64,000 nucleotides of DNA, from positions 192,001 to 256,000 of the forward strand of contig JBMNLH010000001.1 of the NCBI GenBank assembly GCA_050952625.1, read 5' to 3'. The DNA comes from Bacillota bacterium. Lineage in GTDB: Bacteria > Bacillota > Ch66 > Ch109. Below the pieces are notes generated by a model that worked only from the letters and a program-made list of their open reading frames with translations, did not search any database and was not told the origin of the DNA. Every line of letters begins with the position of its first letter. Within the stretch, counting starts at the first letter, position 1. This document shows, in pieces, positions 18,818 through 29,113 of this stretch. The position numbers and the translations under genes were made by a program.

Positions 18818-19159
18818 GTGGGCAGCATTATGGATTGTCTCACAAAAAAGCAAAAAACTATACCCTTATCCGATATTCCTGTGGGGGCCACCGGCGTAAT
18901 TGCCGGCCTTAATCTAAACGGTCTGCTGCGGCGGCGGGTGCTAGATTTGGGGATGGTTCCGGGAACTTTTATTGAATGCCTTCGCCAAAGCCCGTCTGGC
19001 GACCCGACTGCCTATCGGGTAAGGGGAACCACCATTGCTTTGCGCCGGGAGAGTACCGATCAGATAGCAGTCTATCAACTCAAAATGGGACCAGGAACCT
19101 GTCCTCCTGTTCCGGGAAAAAAGGGTAGCTTGGACATGAGAAATGTTTACCAGCCATAA
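18818..19159 (+). CDS. feoA: Ferrous iron transport protein A
   Basis: RRVLDLGMVPG...SPSGDPTAYRVRGTTIALR; C-terminal tail runs through a REP-like repeat. Confidence 0.9.
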   Translation: MGSIMDCLTKKQKTIPLSDIPVGATGVIAGLNLNGLLRRRVLDLGMVPGTFIECLRQSPSGDPTAYRVRGTTIALRRESTDQIAVYQLKMGPGTCPPVPGKKGSLDMRNVYQP

Positions 19160-19197
19160 GAACCGTCCCCGTGGTAAGAAAGAGGGGTAGCAGACAC

Positions 19198-19992
19198 ATG
19201 AGAAATGAGAGGCAGCTAAAGATGCTGGCGGAGTACTTTGGGATTACCCCGAAAAAGGACCAGTACATTGTTGCTTTAGCCGGCAACCCCAATGTGGGTA
19301 AGAGTACGGTTTTTAATGCTTTAACCGGACTGCGCCAACATACGGGCAACTGGCCAGGCAAAACAGTGAATAACGCCCAGGGAAGCTTTAATTTTAAGAA
19401 TAAATCTTTTTTGCTGGTTGACTTGCCGGGGACCTATTCCTTATTAGCTCATTCGGTGGAAGAAGAAATCGCCCGCGACTTCATTTGCTTCGGGCAGCCG
19501 GATCTGACCATTGTTGTTCTGGCCGCCTCTTCCCTGGAACGCAATCTAAATCTCGCTTTGCAAGTTTTGGAAATCACCCCCCGGGTAGTAGTCTGTGTCA
19601 ATTTGTTGGATGAAGCGAAAAAAAACAACATTCACGTAGACCTAAAAGCTTTGAGTAAAAGGTTGGGAGTCCCAGCCATTGGGACAGTGGCTCGAACCGG
19701 TCAAGGGCTGGATGAATTACTTGAGGCTGTGGCGGCCAGAATTGAAGACCCCGGAACCAATCAACCGCGACAAGTTGTTTATGCCCAAGAAGTGGAAGAA
19801 ATAGTCGCATTCCTCATCCCCCAAGTTCAACAGCTAGTCGGTACCGCCATTAACCCTCGCTGGCTGGCCCTTCGTTTGTTAGATAGTGACTGGACGTTTA
19901 TTGAAAAAATTGCTCAATACCTTAATTTCCAGCCGAGTTTGGCGATGAGTTTGGAAATGAGTTTTGATCAGCACCTGGAGGCAGCGATATGA
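19198..19992 (+). CDS. feoB: FeoB N-terminal GTPase part (split FeoB)
   Basis: GNPNVGKS, GNWPGKTV and DLPGTYS motifs. Confidence 0.9.
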   Translation: MRNERQLKMLAEYFGITPKKDQYIVALAGNPNVGKSTVFNALTGLRQHTGNWPGKTVNNAQGSFNFKNKSFLLVDLPGTYSLLAHSVEEEIARDFICFGQPDLTIVVLAASSLERNLNLALQVLEITPRVVVCVNLLDEAKKNNIHVDLKALSKRLGVPAIGTVARTGQGLDELLEAVAARIEDPGTNQPRQVVYAQEVEEIVAFLIPQVQQLVGTAINPRWLALRLLDSDWTFIEKIAQYLNFQPSLAMSLEMSFDQHLEAAI

Positions 19993-21395
19993 ACGGGGCT
20001 GAGCCGCTAAAAACCCTGTCCCAGATCTACACCGAAGTAAATAGGATCAGTTATTCAACAAGGATAAACCTAAGTGATCAGATAGTGGCGGATATTTACG
20101 CCAATGCGGAGCAAATAGCGAATGAGGTGGTAGTAAAGAACCCTTTCTCAGCCAGCCGCGATTGGGATGCCCGGTTGGACAATATTCTGACCTCCCACCT
20201 TCTTGGTTATCCGGTGATGATCCTGCTTCTGGGTCTGGTTTTTTGGATTACCCTGCAGGGTGCCAATATTCCTTCCGAAATGCTGGCGACCGTTCTGTTT
20301 GGACTGGAAGGTAAAATAAGTGCCTGGCTTCTTCAAGCCGGGGCCCCGGACTGGTTAAACGGAGTGCTGGTACTGGGTATGTATAAGACTCTAGCCTGGG
20401 TGGTCGCGGTGATGTTGCCGCCGATGGCCATCTTTTTTCCTCTGTTTACTCTGCTTGAGGATCTGGGGTATTTGCCGCGAGTAGCTTTTAATCTGGACAG
20501 CTTATTCAAAAAGGCCAGGTCCTGTGGCAAGCAGGCCTTGACCATGTGTATGGGCTTTGGTTGTAACGCGGCCGGGGTAACTTCTTGCCGGATTATTGAT
20601 TCCCCCAGGGAACGGCTGATTGCTGTCTTAACCAACAACTTTGTTCCTTGTAATGGACGATTTCCTACCTTGCTGGCCATGGCCACCATTTTTGTGGCCG
20701 GAGGCTTGGCCTATTCTGCTCAGATGATCGTGGCGGCGGCTGTTATCACCGGTCTGGTTCTAGTCGGGATCGGGATTACTTTTTTAACTTCCTGGGGTTT
20801 ATCCCGAACAATTCTTCAAGGAGAAGCTTCTGCTTTGATTTTGGAACTGCCCCCTTATCGCCGGCCTCAGATAGGAGCCGTTATCTACCGTTCGATTATT
20901 GATCGCACTATTTTTGTGCTCATGCGAGCGGTGGTGGTCGCGGCTCCAGCCGGGGCCTTGATCTGGATTCTGGGCAACGTGCAGATTGGTCAGCTAAGCA
21001 TCATTGCTCACTTGGCCCACTGGCTAAATCCGTTCGGACAGTTAATTGGACTGGATGGTTTTATTCTCTTAGCCTTTATTTTGGGCTTTCCGGCTAATGA
21101 AATCGTGCTGCCTATTTTACTCATGAGTTACCTGGCTGTCGGGCAAATGACGGAATTTCAAAGCCTCGAAGAATTAAGGCGGCTTTTGGTTAATAACGGC
21201 TGGACCTGGCTAACTGCGGTAAATATGATGTTGTTTTCTCTGCTGCACTGGCCTTGCACCACGACCTTGCTGACTGTTTTCAAGGAAACTAAGAGCCTAA
21301 AATGGACCTTCATGGCTTTTCTGTTGCCTACCGCAATCGCTATTACGGTCTGTTTTTCAGTTGCCCAGTTGGTACGATTCTTGGGATTGATTTAA
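19989..21395 (+). CDS. feoB: FeoB membrane part (Gate domains)
   Basis: LEDLGYLPR, GFGCNA, PCNGR, LELPPYR and PANE motifs; ATGA overlap with the N-terminal part. Confidence 0.9.
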   Translation: MNGAEPLKTLSQIYTEVNRISYSTRINLSDQIVADIYANAEQIANEVVVKNPFSASRDWDARLDNILTSHLLGYPVMILLLGLVFWITLQGANIPSEMLATVLFGLEGKISAWLLQAGAPDWLNGVLVLGMYKTLAWVVAVMLPPMAIFFPLFTLLEDLGYLPRVAFNLDSLFKKARSCGKQALTMCMGFGCNAAGVTSCRIIDSPRERLIAVLTNNFVPCNGRFPTLLAMATIFVAGGLAYSAQMIVAAAVITGLVLVGIGITFLTSWGLSRTILQGEASALILELPPYRRPQIGAVIYRSIIDRTIFVLMRAVVVAAPAGALIWILGNVQIGQLSIIAHLAHWLNPFGQLIGLDGFILLAFILGFPANEIVLPILLMSYLAVGQMTEFQSLEELRRLLVNNGWTWLTAVNMMLFSLLHWPCTTTLLTVFKETKSLKWTFMAFLLPTAIAITVCFSVAQLVRFLGLI

Positions 21396-21479
21396 CAACA
21401 GGTTTCAGTTGCGCCGAGCAGCATGGGCGATTAATAAGAAAATATCAGGCGAAAAACGACAAGGCTTGAGGTGACTAGA

Positions 21480-21932
21480 ATGAGGATATATGAAGATAAG
21501 TTTTATACGGTTCGTGGTTATGCCCTGCTTAGCCAGGAAAATCCTTTAACTCCCAGCCTGGAAGATTACCTGGAGATGATCTGCCGTTTGACGCAGTCTA
21601 AATCATTTGTCCGGTTGAGCGATCTGGCCAGGGCCTTGAATGTTCAGCCCCCGTCTGCTAATAAAATGGTTCAGAAACTGGCTGAGTTAGGTTACATCGA
21701 CTATGAGAAATACGGGTTAATCAAACCAACCAAGTCCGGGCAGGAGTTGGGACGTTATTTCATTGAACGGCACGAAATTATTGAGCGGTTTTTTCAGTTG
21801 ATCGGGGTAACCGAAAACTTATTGGAACAAACAGAGAAAATAGAACATAGCCTTAACGAGCAAACCTTAAAAAAAATAAAATGTTTGGTAGAATATTTAC
21901 AAGTTATGCAACCAGAACTAATTGAGGAATAG
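21480..21932 (+). CDS. DtxR/MntR-family metal-dependent regulator
   Basis: SLEDYLEMI, ERHEIIERFF and EKIEH motifs. Confidence 0.9.
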   Translation: MRIYEDKFYTVRGYALLSQENPLTPSLEDYLEMICRLTQSKSFVRLSDLARALNVQPPSANKMVQKLAELGYIDYEKYGLIKPTKSGQELGRYFIERHEIIERFFQLIGVTENLLEQTEKIEHSLNEQTLKKIKCLVEYLQVMQPELIEE

Positions 21933-21971
21933 GCGGCCTATCTTTCCGGATTTTTACTTAAAAACAGAAGC

Positions 21972-22047
21972 GAGACAGCAAACCTGTACCCGTGTCTCAT
22001 TGTGAAGTAGTGGGGTCCCGGGACAGCAAACCTGTCCCCGTGTCCCA
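21972..22047. repeat. REP-like GACAG/CTGTCCCC repeats (two copies); relatives at 19087-19174 and 52245-52267
   Basis: gacagcaaacctgt(a/c)cccgtgtc occurs twice; agaaccgtccccgtgg (19159) is the exact reverse complement of ccacggggacggttct (52245). Confidence 0.6.
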
Positions 22048-22193
22048 TGAAAGAAATGCCAATCATATAATTAATTAATAGAGAAACTTTGGTCTATAAA
22101 ACTGTCGTAATTTTCTGTGTATATTGAAAGTGTTTATTCTAGATAACCGTATGCTAGAACAAGTAACAAGAACCTGATAAGGAGGGACAGGTT

Positions 22194-23546
22194 ATGTCTC
22201 GAAAGAAAATAGCCATTGATCCTGGTCATGGTGGTGAGGACCGGGTGAATCGGGGGCCGACCGGTTACGTTGAAGCGGACGGGGTCTTGGACATTGCGCT
22301 AAGGCTTAAGCCTCTTTTACTCGACGCGTTTGATGTTTATTTAACCCGTGAATCGGATATAACTGTAGCCTTGAATGATCGCCCGGCTAAGGCGAATAAT
22401 TGGGGGGCGGATCTTTTGGTCAGCATTCACACTAATGCTGCCTCGCCGGAAGCCCAGGGCGTTGAAACCTGGCACAGTAAAAATGGTGAATGGGGCACCG
22501 TTTTTCAGGCCGAGGCCAGGCAGGTTGCCCTGATCGTGCAAGAAGAGTTAGTCAGAGCTACCGGCTTAAAAGATCGGGGCATAAAAACCCGGTTGGTCGA
22601 TCGCCGAGATTCTCCGATCTATGGCCTGGACTATTACGCGGTCATCCGGCGGGCTAAGTGCCCAGCCCTTATTATCGAGGCCGGTTTTCATACCAACCCT
22701 TTGGAAGAGGCTAGGTTGAAAACCGCTGATTTCCGACAGAAGGTAGCGGAGGCCATTGCCGCAGGTTTGAAAAAGGCGTATCAGGTTAAAGGTGATGACG
22801 AAAGCAATCTAACCCCCATTAAAGGGAGGGCTCAGGCGACCAGAGATCAGGCCAAGACGTGGCTCCAGCAGAAAGCTCCCGATTGGGTTTTCCTGGTGGA
22901 TCTCTACTGGGATATCGCCCCGGCATATGGCCTCCGGCCGGAAGTAGCCCTTTGCCAGGCCTGTAAAGAAACGGGCTTTTTCCGCTTTGGGGGACTGGTC
23001 CAGCCCTGGCAGAACAATTTCTGCGGTCTGGCAGCCACCGGTCAAGCCAGCGATGGGGATACTCCCCTGTACGGGGCCGAGCCGAATCGGGTCCGTTTTG
23101 AGAAGAATATCCATGGGGCGATTTTTATTGACCGGCCAACCGGGGTTGAGGCCCACTTGCAGCACCTATTCGCTTATGCTTCGGATGAGCCGCTGCCGGC
23201 CGGCAAGGTTTTGCTGAGCCCGCGGTTTAAGCTGGTTAAACGCGGTTCCGCTCCTTATGTCGAATACCTGGGGGCCGCGGAAAACCCAACTGGGGTTGGT
23301 TGGGCCTATCCTGGGGTAGATTATGGTCAAAGTATTGTTCGTGATTACCTTACCTTGTTGCTGCGGACCTCGCCGCCAGTTTCTCCACCATTTACTCCGC
23401 CGCAAGATCCAAGTCGGGGTGAGACTATCCGCGAATTGGAGGGCCGGGTTAATCTGCTGCAACAGGAACTTGGCCAGGTGAAAGATGAGTTGACCAAATA
23501 CCGGCAGGCGGTAGGGGCGATCCAAGAGATTGTAAAGGGGTTATAA
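22194..23546 (+). CDS. N-acetylmuramoyl-L-alanine amidase (Amidase_3) fused to a glucosaminidase-like domain and coiled-coil tail
   Basis: IDPGHGG, SIHTNA and IEAGF motifs; QACKETG/NNFCGL second domain. Confidence 0.88.
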   Translation: MSRKKIAIDPGHGGEDRVNRGPTGYVEADGVLDIALRLKPLLLDAFDVYLTRESDITVALNDRPAKANNWGADLLVSIHTNAASPEAQGVETWHSKNGEWGTVFQAEARQVALIVQEELVRATGLKDRGIKTRLVDRRDSPIYGLDYYAVIRRAKCPALIIEAGFHTNPLEEARLKTADFRQKVAEAIAAGLKKAYQVKGDDESNLTPIKGRAQATRDQAKTWLQQKAPDWVFLVDLYWDIAPAYGLRPEVALCQACKETGFFRFGGLVQPWQNNFCGLAATGQASDGDTPLYGAEPNRVRFEKNIHGAIFIDRPTGVEAHLQHLFAYASDEPLPAGKVLLSPRFKLVKRGSAPYVEYLGAAENPTGVGWAYPGVDYGQSIVRDYLTLLLRTSPPVSPPFTPPQDPSRGETIRELEGRVNLLQQELGQVKDELTKYRQAVGAIQEIVKGL

Positions 23547-23689
23547 CCCTTCTTAATGCTCGCTTTCTTTAAGATTTATCAATTGCTAATTTGCAATCAT
23601 GTTCTGATGATGCTGCCCAAGCAGCAACATCAGAACATAAAGTATTTCAAACTAAGGTTAGCGTTTGGTGGTTTGGATCACGCTAAATT

Positions 23690-23802
23690 ATTTGAATCAA
23701 TAGACTCACACTTCTGTAAGTGGGGGTTGCCTTGTTTAAACTTCAGGTGAGTAGAGTCCCCATCTGAAGCCTCGATGTTCAGCGAAGCTGAACGAGTTCA
23801 CT
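23690..23802 (+). mobile_element. IS200/IS605-type miniature element, copy F
   Basis: Same repeat, ending gaacgagttcac. Confidence 0.8.
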
Positions 23803-23812
23803 TGCAAAGTAG

Positions 23813-24316
23813 TTAGGGTAGCTTGTTTTGGGCTAAAACCGTAACGTAGACGTCAATCTGGTCAGTCACCACGATTAAATCAACTTCCTGAAGATAGACC
23901 TGCTGATTAAACGTTATTTCTCGGCCATCAAGGACAAGGGCGATCTGAGGATAATTTAGTTTAGAGAGCTCTTGTCCAATTAAACTGGCTAGTCTTTCTT
24001 TGGAATTTTTAATTACCTCTATTTCAATTTGTTCTTGTTCTAATTTGGTTAGATTTAGGTTGTTTAAGCCGTTATCGTCAATAGCCACATGAATATCTAT
24101 ATTTGTTAGCCGTCTATTCTTTTGTTCAGCCAGGTTTTTCTTGAGTTCGGCCAATTCTTTTTGACAACTGCCTAATTGCCCTTCCAGCTCTTTTTTATTT
24201 AGATGCAATTCATCTATTTGGTAACCGATAAAGATGTTTATGGCCGCACTGCCGAGAGCCAGCCCGATAATAAATGCAGCTAACATTGGCAGTAGCCGGC
24301 TATTAATTTTTGCCAA
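23813..24316 (-). CDS. ytrI: Sporulation membrane protein YtrI-like
   Basis: N-terminal TM plus coiled coil; overlaps ytrH. Confidence 0.65.
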   Translation of the reverse strand: MAKINSRLLPMLAAFIIGLALGSAAINIFIGYQIDELHLNKKELEGQLGSCQKELAELKKNLAEQKNRRLTNIDIHVAIDDNGLNNLNLTKLEQEQIEIEVIKNSKERLASLIGQELSKLNYPQIALVLDGREITFNQQVYLQEVDLIVVTDQIDVYVTVLAQNKLP

Positions 24317-24629
24317 GACTTAAATTCACCACCACAAAGTATCCAAGGTGAGCTCCAGCAAAACTGCTTAGAATAAAGAATAGCTGTTTGACTACTGCTT
24401 TAATATCTCCTTGCAGGATACCAGATTCTAGGATTTCAAAAGTTGAGAAGGAACCGCCGATCGCGGCAACAACTGCCCAGATTTTGATTTCCTTGGCCAA
24501 AGTGAGCATGATGGCCACTGGTGGCTCCCGAAAAAGCAAGGCAGCCAGTGATCCCATGGTACAAGCTCCCAGCATAATTCCGAAAGCAGTGAAGAAAACA
24601 AGGGCCATCTTAGGGAAAAAGGCATGCAA
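24303..24629 (-). CDS. ytrH: YtrH-family sporulation protein
   Basis: KIWAVVAAIGGSF signature. Confidence 0.9.
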   Translation of the reverse strand: MHAFFPKMALVFFTAFGIMLGACTMGSLAALLFREPPVAIMLTLAKEIKIWAVVAAIGGSFSTFEILESGILQGDIKAVVKQLFFILSSFAGAHLGYFVVVNLSLGKN

Positions 24630-24961
24630 AGTAACGCACCCTTTCGTCGAAATAATGTTAATTATGGACGTAGAGGATTAGTTATGGTAATATTTGAAAA
24701 ATGGATAAAATAAGTTCCTTATCTTAGATTTATATGTTCTAATTAGTGGGCTAAGAAGTCTTTCGTCTTTCTTGCTTTATAAGCATAAGCAGCCTTGCTT
24801 GACAATTGTCCATCAAGCAGTCTTCCGCCTCTAAGATGTTTTGCCCGAGAAGCGAGAGCGAAGTCAGAGATAATAAAAATAACGCAAGGGTAAAGGTAAA
24901 GGCTTAAGTTTGGGAAGAATAGTCAACAACGGTAGTTGGATAGGAAGGAGAGAGAGCGGTA

Positions 24962-25189
24962 ATGAGTGAAACGATTATCTACACCAAGACCGGTTGTCCT
25001 TACTGTGCTCGGACCGTGCAAGAATACAAAGCCAAGAGGATTCAATTTAAAGAGATTAATACCAGCCAGGACCAGGCAGCCCGGCAGCTCTGTCGGGAAA
25101 AGTATGGAGCCAGTAAGGTGCCAGTTGTTGTGCAGGATGGAAAAGTTATTCAAATCGGGGATAGTGCTGGCATGGGATGAGGTCTATAG
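24962..25189 (+). CDS. Glutaredoxin-like probable selenoprotein (Uxx-star type, ending GMG-U-G-L-stop)
   Basis: CPYC active site; TGA 25178-25180 followed by GGT CTA TAG; hairpin ccgac-ggtca-gtcgg at 25193-25207. Confidence 0.75.
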
Positions 25190-25623
25190 TGACCGACGGT
25201 CAGTCGGGTAGCAAAAGCGAGAGAATAATCCCTGGATTCTGGATGGTCCAGGGGTTTTTATTGGAAAAAAATTTGGAATCTTGTAAGTTCGCAAAATAGC
25301 TATAGTTTGTGGATATTCGTCTATAAAGCTGGTTAATAAACAATTATCTAACCGTTTACTATCTAATTTTTTTGGAAATTGAGAAGGAACTCGGATAATT
25401 AATGTCGAATAAATATATTTAGGATACTTTAAAATTATTATAATGTTATTAATAATATTTATCAAAAAGTTGTCAATCAACCATTACCGTAGATGATTGC
25501 GGGTGATAATTGGTTATATTAGGAAGGGAGCTGATTTGTAATGTCCCTAATCCATACTATCTGAATGATTATAACCAATTATTTTGAATGCGTTTTTAAT
25601 TGTTAATAAAGGTGCAATGGATA

Positions 25624-25744
25624 GAAAGGTGGTGTCAGCCTGGTTTCCGGGCAGTATACTTGATGCTGCCGCTCGTTAGTTGAACGAGAGACAAGCCTGA
25701 TTTGACCCGTTCAGCTGAGTCAATCATAGAAACCAGGAGAATAA
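25624..25744 (+). ncRNA. Candidate cis-regulatory leader RNA of the ATPase-ter operon
   Basis: P1 cctggtttc/gaaaccagg covering the SD, P2 ggcagtat/atgctgcc, P3 ctcgtt/aacgag, P4 tgatttgac/gtcaatca; homologous to the rplY leader. Confidence 0.65.
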
Positions 25745-28348
25745 TTGCTAGAGTACAAAGAAATTACTGAACTGACCGGAGAAAAGGGGATCTCTGAGGC
25801 GCAAGCACAAGTAATGCGCCAAAAATTTGGGGTCAACCAGCTTACGCCCCCGGTCAGGGACCCGATTTGGAAACAGTACCTGAGGAATTTTGATGATCCG
25901 ATAATTAAAATTTTATTAGTGGCCGTGGTTGTTTCGACGATTGTCAGTATTTTTCAGGGGTCAGGACTATTAGATACCTTGGCGATTGTAGCAGCCGTAG
26001 CTTTAGCTACTGGTATTGCGTTTATAAATGAGTACCGGAGTAATAAAGAATTTGATGTTTTAAACGCGCAACGCGACGAAATTTTGGTAAAAGTTATTAG
26101 AGACGACAAACCGACGCAAATTCCGACCAAAGACATAGTGGTCGGGGATCTGGTTATGTTAGAAGCCGGAGACGGTGTCCCGGCTGATGGCTGGGTTATT
26201 AATGCTGATGATCTGCACGTTGATGAGTCAGCTTTTACTGGGGAAAGTGAGCCGGTCGCAAAAGATCACGGGGACTCAATTCTCAAGGGGACCTATATTA
26301 CGGCCGGGAAAAGCATGTTGCTTGTCGCTGCTGTTGGCGATGCCACCCAAATGGGCGATATCGCCAAATCTTTAGGGATTGACCGGACCCAAACTCCGTT
26401 AGAACACAAGTTGGAGGTTTTAGCCGGGCAAATTAGTAAGTTCGGCTATATCATGGCAGTACTGATTGCCGTAGCGTTATTCATTCGTGGTGTTTTTCAA
26501 GGAGAAGTGACCGGGCTTAATCTGGAAACTCTAGGTTTTATCCTGCACTACTTCATGATGGCTGTGGTCATAATTGTGGTGGCTGTGCCGGAAGGCCTGC
26601 CCATGAGTGTTGCTTTATCCTTATCCCTGGCGATGCGAAAAATGACGAAAGCAAACAGTTTGGTCAGGCGGATGGTGGCCTGTGAGACGATTGGGTCAGC
26701 GACAATTATCTGTACAGATAAAACCGGCACCCTGACGAAGAATCAGATGGAAGTCCATCAGGGTTCAGTCGATAAACCAGGTCGGCTATCGGGGATACCA
26801 CAGAATACTGCCGAATGGCTGAGTTTAAATGCGGCGGTTAACAGTACGGCTTTTCTGGAACGGAAAAACGATCAGTTAGTTGTCATCGGCAACTCAACCG
26901 AGGGTGCCTTGCTTCGATGGCTGCAGAAATACGATATCGATTACGCCAAAGTGAGACAAGCCCACAATGTTGTTAAACAGATTTTGTTTGACAGTACTCG
27001 GAAAAGAATGTCGACAATCATTGAACTGGATGGCCGGCGTTGGTTGCTGGTCAAAGGCGCACCCGAGGTGGTGGCCGGACTATGCCGGGATCAAGTAGAT
27101 TTAGAGCCGGTTAAAGCTTTGGCCCAACAAGCCATGCGAACCTTAGCATTTGCGCATAAAGAATTGAGTGACCAGGAGGAAAGTGAATCCAATTTAATCT
27201 GGGATGGCTATGTGGGGATCATGGACCAACTGCGGGATGATGTGCCGGAGGCGGTTGAGGCTTGCCAGAGGGCCGGGATCACGGTGCGGATGGTCACCGG
27301 GGATAATGCGGAAACCGCCAAAGCGATTGGTCAGGCAACGGGGATTTTGGGTAACGGACGAGTGATCACGGGATCAGATTTTCGTGCCCTTAATGATGAG
27401 AATCTAGATGGGATGGTTGATGAAATTGAGATTATCGCCCGGGCGGAGCCCATGGATAAACTGCGGTTTGTCCAGGCCTTACAGAGAAAGGGTTATGTGG
27501 TAGCCGTAACCGGCGACGGGACGAACGATGCGCCGGCCTTAAAGAACGCCGACGTTGGTCTGGCCATGGGTAAGGCGGGTACTGAAGTCGCTCGGGAAGC
27601 CAGTGACATTATCCTGTTGGACGATGCCTTCCCAACGATTGCCCGGGCTGTTTGGTGGGGTCGGTCCCTGTATGAGAACATCCAGCGCTTTTTGCAGTTC
27701 CAATTAACAATTAATGTGGGGGCGTTGTTAATTGCTTTTATAGCACCGCTCCTTGGTTTCCCAGCTCCTTTTACAATCATCCAACTCCTGTGGATTAATA
27801 TCGTCATGGATACCTTGGCAGCGTTAGCTCTTTGTTCAGAAGCACCGCATAAGGAGTTACTAAACAAACCGCCGGTCCCTAAAACCGAAAAGATCATTAC
27901 GCCATATATGTGGCGGTCAATTATAATAACCGGCTTGTTCTTGGCGGTGGCCAGCATTGCCCATTTATACACCGGGTTTCTGGGAGGGAATAGTGCGGCA
28001 GAACAAAATACAATTCTTTTTGCCACCTTTATATTTGCTCAAGTCTGGAATGGCTTTAACTGCCGAGCCTTAAATGGAAAAATGCCGCCCTTTTTTCAGG
28101 GCAATCCCACCTTCTTCTGGGTGATGGGGGTAATCGTCATTTCCCAGATTGCGATGGTTCAGTTCGGTGGGGCAATCTTTAATACGGTTCCTTTAAGCTT
28201 AGAAACCTGGCTGAGGATTATTGCTTGTTCCGCCTCTGTGTTGGTTGTTGGGTTTATCCTACGGCTGACGATTCCGCAACCCAAAATTGCACCGGCGTCA
28301 TCTCCGCAGGTGGCACCAATCCATTATTTGCAAAATCCTCAGGAGTGA
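25745..28348 (+). CDS. P2-type (Ca2+-translocating, PMCA-like) P-type ATPase
   Basis: TGES, VPEGLP, DKTGTLT, KGAPE, TGDN and GDGTNDAPAL motifs. Confidence 0.95.
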   Translation: MLEYKEITELTGEKGISEAQAQVMRQKFGVNQLTPPVRDPIWKQYLRNFDDPIIKILLVAVVVSTIVSIFQGSGLLDTLAIVAAVALATGIAFINEYRSNKEFDVLNAQRDEILVKVIRDDKPTQIPTKDIVVGDLVMLEAGDGVPADGWVINADDLHVDESAFTGESEPVAKDHGDSILKGTYITAGKSMLLVAAVGDATQMGDIAKSLGIDRTQTPLEHKLEVLAGQISKFGYIMAVLIAVALFIRGVFQGEVTGLNLETLGFILHYFMMAVVIIVVAVPEGLPMSVALSLSLAMRKMTKANSLVRRMVACETIGSATIICTDKTGTLTKNQMEVHQGSVDKPGRLSGIPQNTAEWLSLNAAVNSTAFLERKNDQLVVIGNSTEGALLRWLQKYDIDYAKVRQAHNVVKQILFDSTRKRMSTIIELDGRRWLLVKGAPEVVAGLCRDQVDLEPVKALAQQAMRTLAFAHKELSDQEESESNLIWDGYVGIMDQLRDDVPEAVEACQRAGITVRMVTGDNAETAKAIGQATGILGNGRVITGSDFRALNDENLDGMVDEIEIIARAEPMDKLRFVQALQRKGYVVAVTGDGTNDAPALKNADVGLAMGKAGTEVAREASDIILLDDAFPTIARAVWWGRSLYENIQRFLQFQLTINVGALLIAFIAPLLGFPAPFTIIQLLWINIVMDTLAALALCSEAPHKELLNKPPVPKTEKIITPYMWRSIIITGLFLAVASIAHLYTGFLGGNSAAEQNTILFATFIFAQVWNGFNCRALNGKMPPFFQGNPTFFWVMGVIVISQIAMVQFGGAIFNTVPLSLETWLRIIACSASVLVVGFILRLTIPQPKIAPASSPQVAPIHYLQNPQE

Positions 28349-28524
28349 ACTCGTTTGGAGAATTATTTTGAAAAACGTAAGAAACAAACAGTTTAATTGA
28401 AGGCAACGTTTTGAATTAGTTTGAATTAATACTAGCTTTACGAAAGGAGGATTGGCGAACTGGTACAGAGCAGGAGTCAATTAGTGATAAATATTGCATC
28501 AAAAACAAAGGAGGAGTTATTACA

Positions 28525-29097
28525 ATGGCGGTAAACTTGCAAAAGGGTCAAAAAGTAGACTTAACCAAAGGAAGAGCAGGTCTTGCCAAAGTTATTGTCG
28601 GTTTAGGATGGGACACCAATAAGTTTGATGGTCCTGATTTTGACCTGGATGCCTCGGCATTTTTGCTGGGCGAAAACGGTAAGTGTGCTTCCCCTAGCGA
28701 CTTTGTCTTCTACAATAACCTGAAGCACCCCAGCGGGGCTGTTGAACACTTGGGCGACAATTTAACCGGTGAAGGTGAAGGCGACGACGAGCAGATCAAG
28801 ATTGATTTGAGCAAAATCCCGGCTAGCATCCAAAAGATTGCTATTACCGTTACTATTCACATGGCTCAAGAGCGCAACCAGAATTTTGGTCTGGTATCGA
28901 ATGCTTTTGTGCGAGTGGTCGATGAGAATAACAACTCTGAATTGCTAAGGTATGATTTGAGTGAGGATTACAGCACTGAAACTGCCCTTGTGTTTGCCGA
29001 ACTTTATCGCCATGGTGCGGAGTGGAAGTTTGCTGCTGTCGGTCAGGGCTTCAACGATGGACTGGCCGGGCTGGTTCGTCTTTACGGTTTAAGCTAA
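28525..29097 (+). CDS. terD: TerD-family stress protein
   Basis: [28 protein letters not shown] and WKFAAVGQG motifs. Confidence 0.93.
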   Translation: MAVNLQKGQKVDLTKGRAGLAKVIVGLGWDTNKFDGPDFDLDASAFLLGENGKCASPSDFVFYNNLKHPSGAVEHLGDNLTGEGEGDDEQIKIDLSKIPASIQKIAITVTIHMAQERNQNFGLVSNAFVRVVDENNNSELLRYDLSEDYSTETALVFAELYRHGAEWKFAAVGQGFNDGLAGLVRLYGLS

Positions 29098-29113
29098 GAA
29101 GGGAGACAGTTTC

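Noticed and set aside
23556-23750. 64-aa ORF after the amidase gene
   Set aside because: Runs into miniature element copy F; no SD or family features
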